Assembly: GCA_030754595.1 (NCBI GenBank)
Contig: JASLZZ010000089.1
Location: 1 to 12,635 of the forward strand
Direction of reading: 5' to 3'
Source: Nitrospinota bacterium
Lineage (GTDB): Bacteria; UBA8248
Length of the DNA: 12,635 bases
Below, in pieces: positions 7,927 through 12,635 of this stretch. Position 1 is the stretch's first letter. Each line of letters starts with the position of its first letter. The notes beneath the pieces are model-generated. The model had not been told where the DNA came from, made no database searches, and saw only the letters and a program-made list of their open reading frames with translations. Position numbers and translations under genes: made by a program.

Positions 7927-8696
7927 GCCCGCGCGCCGATGGCCGGGCGCATCTGATTGAAGCCGATCATGGCCGACCGGAAGCCCCGGTTCAGCTCGCC
8001 TATCTGGTTCTCCTTCGGGACGGCTGCGCTCTCGAAGAAAAGCTCGCAGGTGGCCACCCCGCGCATGCCCATCTTGCGCTCGTGGCGGCCGACGCTGAAG
8101 CCGGTCGTGTCGGTGGGAACGATGAAGTAGGTGATTCCCCGGGTGCCGGCCGAGGGATCCGTCTTGGCGGCCACGGTGATGAAATCGGCCTTGTCCGGGC
8201 CCGTGCAGTAACACTTCTGCCCGTTGATGACCCATTCCTCGCCCTCGAGGGAGGCGCGGGTGCGGATGTTCCCGGCGTCAGAGCCGGCGTGGGGCTCGGT
8301 GAGGGCGTAGGAGCCTTTGAGTTCTCCCCGGGCGAGGCCGGTCATGTAGTGTTTTTTCTGCTCCCCGGTGCCGCTCAGGTCGATCACCCGGCTCGAGAGC
8401 ATGTTGAGGACGATGAATATCGGGCTGTTCGAGCAGAAACGCGCGATCTCCTCGATGGCGATGCAGCCGCCCATGAATCCCATCCCCCCGCCCCCATACT
8501 CCTCGGGAAAAAAGATGCCGAGGAGGCCCTGGTCTTTCAAGAGCTGATAAATGTCCTCAGGGTACTCTTCACTCTCGTCGATCTCGGCGGCGCGCGGAGC
8601 GACGTGGCGCTCGGCCATCTCGCGCACCATCTTGCGGAGCATCTGCTGCGGCTCGGTGAGATCGAAGGGCAGGGGGGCATCGGTTCCTTGGTTCAT
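7524..8696 (-). CDS. Acyl-CoA dehydrogenase (paralog 1), 390 aa
   Basis: ATG 8696 is preferred to GTG 8708 because GGAGA precedes it and the length then equals paralog 2. Motifs: PEEYGGGG, LTEPHAGSD, INGQKCY, KMGMRG, QILGGAGY and IVEGTSQIQR. Confidence 0.92.
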   Translation of the reverse strand: MNQGTDAPLPFDLTEPQQMLRKMVREMAERHVAPRAAEIDESEEYPEDIYQLLKDQGLLGIFFPEEYGGGGMGFMGGCIAIEEIARFCSNSPIFIVLNMLSSRVIDLSGTGEQKKHYMTGLARGELKGSYALTEPHAGSDAGNIRTRASLEGEEWVINGQKCYCTGPDKADFITVAAKTDPSAGTRGITYFIVPTDTTGFSVGRHERKMGMRGVATCELFFESAAVPKENQIGELNRGFRSAMIGFNQMRPAIGARAVGLAQGCLDYASAYAKEREAFGVPISQHQAVQFMLADMFMDIEAARLLVYRAAALVDAGKIGKENARYFSTAKTFAADMAMKAAVDGVQILGGAGYMKDHPLERFMRDAKQIQIVEGTSQIQRMIIARNLLDL

Positions 8697-8861
8697 TTCA
8701 GTCTCCACGGGTGAATTTGAGTAGATAGGACATGGTCCGCCCGCGCCCGCCGGGCTGTCAATGCGTCCGAGAATTGGGCGGGGGTGGGAGCTTGCCGGAA
8801 AGGGAAGGGTGCAGTAGGCTCAGCTTGAACCCCGGACTCAATTTCACGTGAAGGAACCACC

Positions 8862-10043
8862 GTGGCCGATCTGATCATTCGCGGCGGCTATGTCGTCGAT
8901 CCCTCGCAGGATCTCGAAGGAACGATGGACATTGAGATTCGCGGCGGGCGCGTCCGCCGCCTCGCGCCTCATATCGAGCCGCGCGGAAGGCCCACCATGA
9001 ATGCCCGGGGCCGGATCGTCACGCCCGGGCTCGTCGATCTTCACTGCCATTTCTTCGAGGGGTTGAGCCATTACGGGGTGAACCTTGAGGCCTCGATGCT
9101 CACGCGCGGGGTGACGGCGGCGGTGGACACGGGGAGCGCGGGTTCCCAGACTTTCTCGACCTTCAGGAGCGGATTCCTTGATCCCGCGCGGATGATCACC
9201 CGCGCTTTCCTGAATATTTCGGCGGGCGGGCTCCTCATCGACGATCTGGGCGAGAACATCGATATGCGGGCGCTCCGGGTGGAGGACGCCGTGGAGTGCT
9301 ACCGGGCGAACAGGGACCTGCTGCTCGGGATGAAGGTGCGCCTCAGCCGGAGGGTGGTCGAACGAAGCGGGGGAAAACCGCTCGACGCGGCCCTCGACGC
9401 CTCTCGCGCCCTGAAGGTCCCGCTCATGGTCCACGTGGGCGACACCCCCGACTCGCTTCCGAAAATCCTCAAAAAGCTCAGGCCGGGCGATGTCCTCACC
9501 CACGCTTTTCACGGCAGTGGAGAGAGCATCCTCGACCGAAGGGGACGGGTGCGCCGGGCGGTTTGGGAGGCCCGGGACCGGGGGATCCTCCTGGACGTGG
9601 CGCACGGGCGGGCAAGTTTCAGCTTCGACACCCTCGAGGCCGCGATGGCCCAGGGGCTCATGCCGGGCAACCTGAGCACTGATCTCCACACCCACTGCAT
9701 CAACGGTCCGGTGTACGACTTCCCGAACCTGTTGAGCAAATTCATCGCCCTGGGGTTTCCGCTCACCGAGGTGATTCGCCTCAGCACGCAGACCGCGGCG
9801 GCCTGGCTGGGGATGGAGGGTGAGATCGGAACCCTGCGGCCCGGCGCGCGGGGAGACGTGGCGGTCTTCCGCTCCCGCGAGGGACGGTTCGTTTTCACCG
9901 ACTCCGAGGGGGCGAGGAGGCGGGGGAGCCGAATGCTCGAAGCGACGCGCGTTGTCCTGGGCGGGGAGCCGCTTCGCCCCTCCGGAAAAGACCGGCGTCG
10001 GCTGACAAGGGTCTCCTCTAAGAAAATTCACTCCCGCGGTTAA
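8862..10043 (+). CDS. Amidohydrolase-superfamily metallohydrolase (dihydroorotase-like/deacetylase family), 393 aa
   Basis: IRGGYVVDP, PGLVDLHCH (HxH), DTGSAG, GMKVR (carboxylated-Lys position), MVH, THAFHG, DVAHG, STDLH and GTLRPGARGD. GTG start with AAGGAA upstream. Substrate unknown. Confidence 0.88.
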   Translation: MADLIIRGGYVVDPSQDLEGTMDIEIRGGRVRRLAPHIEPRGRPTMNARGRIVTPGLVDLHCHFFEGLSHYGVNLEASMLTRGVTAAVDTGSAGSQTFSTFRSGFLDPARMITRAFLNISAGGLLIDDLGENIDMRALRVEDAVECYRANRDLLLGMKVRLSRRVVERSGGKPLDAALDASRALKVPLMVHVGDTPDSLPKILKKLRPGDVLTHAFHGSGESILDRRGRVRRAVWEARDRGILLDVAHGRASFSFDTLEAAMAQGLMPGNLSTDLHTHCINGPVYDFPNLLSKFIALGFPLTEVIRLSTQTAAAWLGMEGEIGTLRPGARGDVAVFRSREGRFVFTDSEGARRRGSRMLEATRVVLGGEPLRPSGKDRRRLTRVSSKKIHSRG

Positions 10044-10102
10044 CGGTTATTTTCTCGAAATTTCACTGCCGCCGCTTCCTGACCTGACTGGCCGCTGTCG
10101 CC

Positions 10103-10131
10103 TTGACGGGCCGCCCCCGCCGGGGTAGTTT
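10103..10131 (+). promoter_or_regulatory. Sigma70-type promoter upstream of the aroF leader
   Basis: TTGACG (10103-10108), a 17-nt spacer and TAGTTT (10126-10131), about 40 nt before the leader ATG. Confidence 0.6.
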
Positions 10132-10171
10132 TCATCGTCTTTTTGAGTGAAATTTGAAGGGGTTTTGGGTC

Positions 10172-10261
10172 ATGCGCGAGAATCCTTTTCAGGCGGGGCT
10201 TTGGAGGGGCCGATATTTCTTCGGCTTTATCCCCGTCCGCCTGCGCGCCGCCTCCGGCTGA
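10172..10261 (+). CDS. Putative aromatic amino acid-sensing leader peptide, 29 aa (not in ORF track)
   Basis: Hand translation gives MRENPFQAGLWRGRYFFGFIPVRLRAASG*. GAAGGGG lies 9 nt upstream. W11, Y15, F16, F17 and F19 are clustered, plus F6. It sits between a promoter and a terminator in front of DAHP synthase. Confidence 0.7.
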   Translation: MRENPFQAGLWRGRYFFGFIPVRLRAASG

Positions 10262-10322
10262 TTGACCCGAAGCGGCGGCGGACGGACATTCCGACCCGCC
10301 CCGGCGATACGAAATATATCTT

Positions 10323-10358
10323 TTGCCACGGGGTACGGCCCGTGGCGATTTTTTTTTT
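10323..10358 (+). terminator. Intrinsic terminator (attenuator) in the aroF leader
   Basis: GCCACGGG (10325-10332), loop GTACGG, CCCGTGGC (10339-10346), then ten T (10349-10358). It ends 45 nt before the aroF start and lies about 280 nt past the upstream gene's stop. Confidence 0.85.
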
Positions 10359-10403
10359 GAGTCAGCGACTCGTCGAGTCAGCGGCTCACCGCAAGGAGAG
10401 AGG

Positions 10404-11423
10404 ATGATGATTGTCGTAATGAAAAAAGGCGCCACCGAGGAGGAGGTCGAGGGGGCCGTCAAGCGCGTTCAGGAACTGGGTTGTACGGAGCACGTCATGC
10501 GCGGGGTCGAGCGCACCGTCATCGCCGCCCTCGGCGACGAGCGGGGCAAGAACATGGAAGAGGCGCTCGGCGTGCTGGCCGGCGTCGAGAACGTGATGCC
10601 CGTCGTCAAGCCCTATCAATTGGCGAGCCTGGAGGGGCGGCCCGAACGCTCCGTGGTGGATGTGCGGGGCGTGAAATTCGGCGGTCCCGAAGTGGTCGTG
10701 GTCGCCGGGCCCTGCTCGGTCGAGAGCAGAGAGCAGATTCTCGAGTCCGCCGAAGCGGTCAAGGCGGGCGGGGGGCACGTTCTTCGCGGCGGAGCCTTCA
10801 AGCCCAGGACCTCTCCCTACAGCTTTCAGGGCATGGCCGAGGAGGGGCTCAAGCTGCTGGCCGAGGCGCGCGAGAAGACCGGCCTGCCCATCCAGACCGA
10901 GGTGATGGACACCGAGGACATCGACCTCATCTCGGACTACGCCGATATCCTCCAGATCGGCGCGCGCAACGTGCAGAACTTCTCATTGCTCAAGAAGGTG
11001 GGAAAGGTGAAGAACGCCGTCTTTTTAAAGCGCGGCCTCTCCACCACGATCGAGGAATATCTCATGTCGGCCGAATACGTCATGAGCCAGGGGAATCCCA
11101 ACGTTATCCTGTGCGAGCGAGGGATCCGCACCTTCGAGACCGCACTCCGGAACACGCTCGACATCAGCGCCGTACCCGTGCTCCAGGAGCAGACCCATCT
11201 TCCGGTGACGGTCGATCCCAGCCACGCCGCCGGGGCCTGGCGGTTCGTGGGAATCCTCGCCAAGGCGTCCGTGGCTGTCGGCGCCGATGGGCTCATGATC
11301 GAGGTCCATCCCGATCCGGCCAACGCCATGTCGGATGGCCCGCAAATGCTCAAGCCCAAGAAATTCGCGCAGCTGATGGAGGAGCTCAAGCCCTTCGCGC
11401 GGGCCGCGGGCCGCACCATTTAA
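10404..11423 (+). CDS. aroF: 3-deoxy-7-phosphoheptulonate (DAHP) synthase, type I-beta, with N-terminal regulatory domain
   Basis: MIVVMK-type N-terminal domain, [47 protein letters not shown] and SDG. AAGGAG at 10393-10398 supports ATG 10404 or 10407 rather than the track's 10323. Confidence 0.95.
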   Translation: MMIVVMKKGATEEEVEGAVKRVQELGCTEHVMRGVERTVIAALGDERGKNMEEALGVLAGVENVMPVVKPYQLASLEGRPERSVVDVRGVKFGGPEVVVVAGPCSVESREQILESAEAVKAGGGHVLRGGAFKPRTSPYSFQGMAEEGLKLLAEAREKTGLPIQTEVMDTEDIDLISDYADILQIGARNVQNFSLLKKVGKVKNAVFLKRGLSTTIEEYLMSAEYVMSQGNPNVILCERGIRTFETALRNTLDISAVPVLQEQTHLPVTVDPSHAAGAWRFVGILAKASVAVGADGLMIEVHPDPANAMSDGPQMLKPKKFAQLMEELKPFARAAGRTI

Positions 11424-11424
11424 A

Positions 11425-12306
11425 TTGTCGGTGCTTTTCGTTTTCGTCGACGGGATGGGGCTCGGCCCCGCCGGCCCCGGCAATCCGTTCTCCGCGCTTG
11501 AGGGCGGGCCGCTGGCCTGCCTTGGCGGCGGCGGTGCGCCGCCGGGGGGCTTTGCCCTGATCGAGGCGGACGCCTGCCTCGGCGTCCCCGGCACCCCGCA
11601 GAGCGCGACCGGGGGCGCCTCGCTTTTCACCGGCGTGAATGCGCCGGCCTTCGCCGGCGGACATCTTCAGGGCTACCCCAACACGAAACTCAAGGAGTTG
11701 ATCGCCCGCGAAGGTCTTCTTCGCAAGGCCCGCGAGCGGGGCGCGCGGGTCGGGTTCGCCAACGCCTACACCTCCCGGTTTTTCGAACGCGGCCGCACAC
11801 GCCACCGCTCGGTCACCACCGTGATGGCGGAGAGCGCCGGGATCTCGCTGCGGCGGGAGGGGGATCTGAAACGAGGGGAGGCCGTCTACCGGGATTTTAC
11901 GAACCGGATTCTCGTGGACTCGGGGCTCGAGATCGATTTGCTCTCGCCCGAGGAGGCGGGCGCCCGGCTCGGCCGATTGGCCGGGGAGAGCGATCTGCTC
12001 TTATACGAGTATTTTCAAACGGATGTCGTCGGCCACCGGGGGAGCTTCGAGGATGCACTCGAGCTAGTCGGGGGAGTTAACCGGTTCCTGGAGGCGGCCA
12101 TCGCGGGGCTTGACCCGGAGCGTGATGCGTTCGTCCTCAGCAGCGATCATGGCAATGTCGAGGACATGTCAACTTCATCCCACACACCAATTAAAGTCCC
12201 TATCTTATTGTGGAGAAAAGCGTTACGGGAATCGAAGTTTTACTCTGATTCTCCCTCGATCCTCGATGTTTCACGGGGAATTCGCGCCCTCCTCGGGTGC
12301 CGTTGA
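11425..12306 (+). CDS. Alkaline phosphatase-superfamily metalloenzyme (iPGM/phosphopentomutase-related), 293 aa
   Basis: FVFVDGMG (metal Asp), PQSATG (nucleophile Ser position), TDVVGH, SSDHGN and a later HT. The TTG start is 1 nt after the aroF stop. Confidence 0.8.
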   Translation: MSVLFVFVDGMGLGPAGPGNPFSALEGGPLACLGGGGAPPGGFALIEADACLGVPGTPQSATGGASLFTGVNAPAFAGGHLQGYPNTKLKELIAREGLLRKARERGARVGFANAYTSRFFERGRTRHRSVTTVMAESAGISLRREGDLKRGEAVYRDFTNRILVDSGLEIDLLSPEEAGARLGRLAGESDLLLYEYFQTDVVGHRGSFEDALELVGGVNRFLEAAIAGLDPERDAFVLSSDHGNVEDMSTSSHTPIKVPILLWRKALRESKFYSDSPSILDVSRGIRALLGCR

Positions 12307-12362
12307 GGGCTTCCAGGTCGTTTTGCCCCATCCGAAAAAAATTTATGCCGATCATTTTAATA

Positions 12363-12391
12363 TTGACTGTTGCTTTAAATGGCTATATATT
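12363..12391 (+). promoter_or_regulatory. Sigma70-type promoter
   Basis: TTGACT (12363-12368), a 17-nt spacer and TATATT (12386-12391), in an AT-rich tract with an A-tract upstream. Confidence 0.6.
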
Positions 12392-12401
12392 TGTTTTCGT
12401 T

Positions 12402-12635
12402 AGAATTTGTCCCAAAATCTGTTTTTCCGCTCTATAGTTACGCCATGTACCGCCCACGAAGAAGGAGCGGAGCACGTGGCATGGCATGGAGTGACCGACG
12501 CGCAATGGGAAGAGATTCGGGTCCACCTGCCCAGGGCGAAGCGCAGCCCGCAGGGAGGACGGCCCCGGGCCGACGACCGCAAGTGCTTCGAGGGCCTGCT
12601 GTGGGTCCTCTGGACCGGCGCACCCTGGAGCGCGC
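12402..12635 (+). mobile_element. IS5-family insertion sequence, left end; truncated by the window edge
   Basis: The transposase N-terminus starts at 12476. A candidate terminal repeat AGAATTTGTCCCAAAA follows T(T)A at about 12400-12402. The exact end is uncertain without the partner repeat. Confidence 0.7.
12476..12635 (+). CDS. IS5-family transposase, N-terminus (DUF4096-like; partial; not in ORF track)
   Basis: AAGGAG followed by GTG 12476. Hand translation gives MAWHGVTDAQWEEIRVHLPRAKRSPQGGRPRADDRKCFEGLLWVLWTGAPWSA, matching the TD.QW...LP...GRP..D.R...GI.WVL.TG.PW signature. Confidence 0.9.
   Translation, partial: MAWHGVTDAQWEEIRVHLPRAKRSPQGGRPRADDRKCFEGLLWVLWTGAPWSA

Noticed and set aside
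6334..8235. 633-aa ORF suggesting an extended or frameshift-fused ACAD
   Set aside because: The first 243 aa are an off-frame reading of ACAD1. The equivalent shadow ORF (6281..7045) exists over ACAD2. ACAD1 has its own TAA, and ACAD2 aligns from ATG 7506.
8733..8761. Perfect TTGACA on the minus strand upstream of ACAD1
   Set aside because: No credible -10 hexamer lies at 16-18 nt spacing.
8862..10043. Calling the amidohydrolase pyrC
   Set aside because: The motifs fit the broader dihydroorotase-like/deacetylase group. It has HCH rather than the HxR substrate motif of PyrC, and no pyr genes are nearby.
10140..10360. T-box riboswitch as the aroF leader mechanism
   Set aside because: No TGGNACC T-box core is visible before the terminator, and a translated aromatic-rich uORF explains the region better.
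10323..10403. N-terminal extension of aroF from TTG 10323
   Set aside because: It runs through the terminator hairpin and T tract. The strong RBS and the family-typical N-terminus point to 10404 or 10407.
1..12635. Composite transposon
   Set aside because: The flanking elements belong to different families (IS3 and IS5) with unrelated ends, and the cargo includes a housekeeping gene.

Overview
GC-rich bacterial window cut at both ends by outward-facing insertion sequences: an IS3-family element at left and an IS5-family element at right. The minus strand carries two tandem acyl-CoA dehydrogenase paralogs, a Rid-family gene, and then yqeB, a MoxR/CbbQ-NorQ-CobS-type AAA+ ATPase, a CobT/NorD-like VWA protein, yqeC and xdhC. 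This looks like a selenium-dependent molybdenum hydroxylase maturation cluster with an AAA+/VWA chaperone pair translationally coupled between yqeB and yqeC. The plus strand carries a divergent metallo-amidohydrolase, a type I-beta DAHP synthase and a coupled alkaline-phosphatase-superfamily metalloenzyme. Upstream of the DAHP synthase, and absent from the ORF track, lie a sigma70-like promoter, a 29-codon leader peptide containing Trp, Tyr and Phe codons, alternative hairpins and an intrinsic terminator. Together these form a candidate attenuator sensing all three aromatic amino acids. All family calls come from motif recognition by eye; no searches or folding were run.
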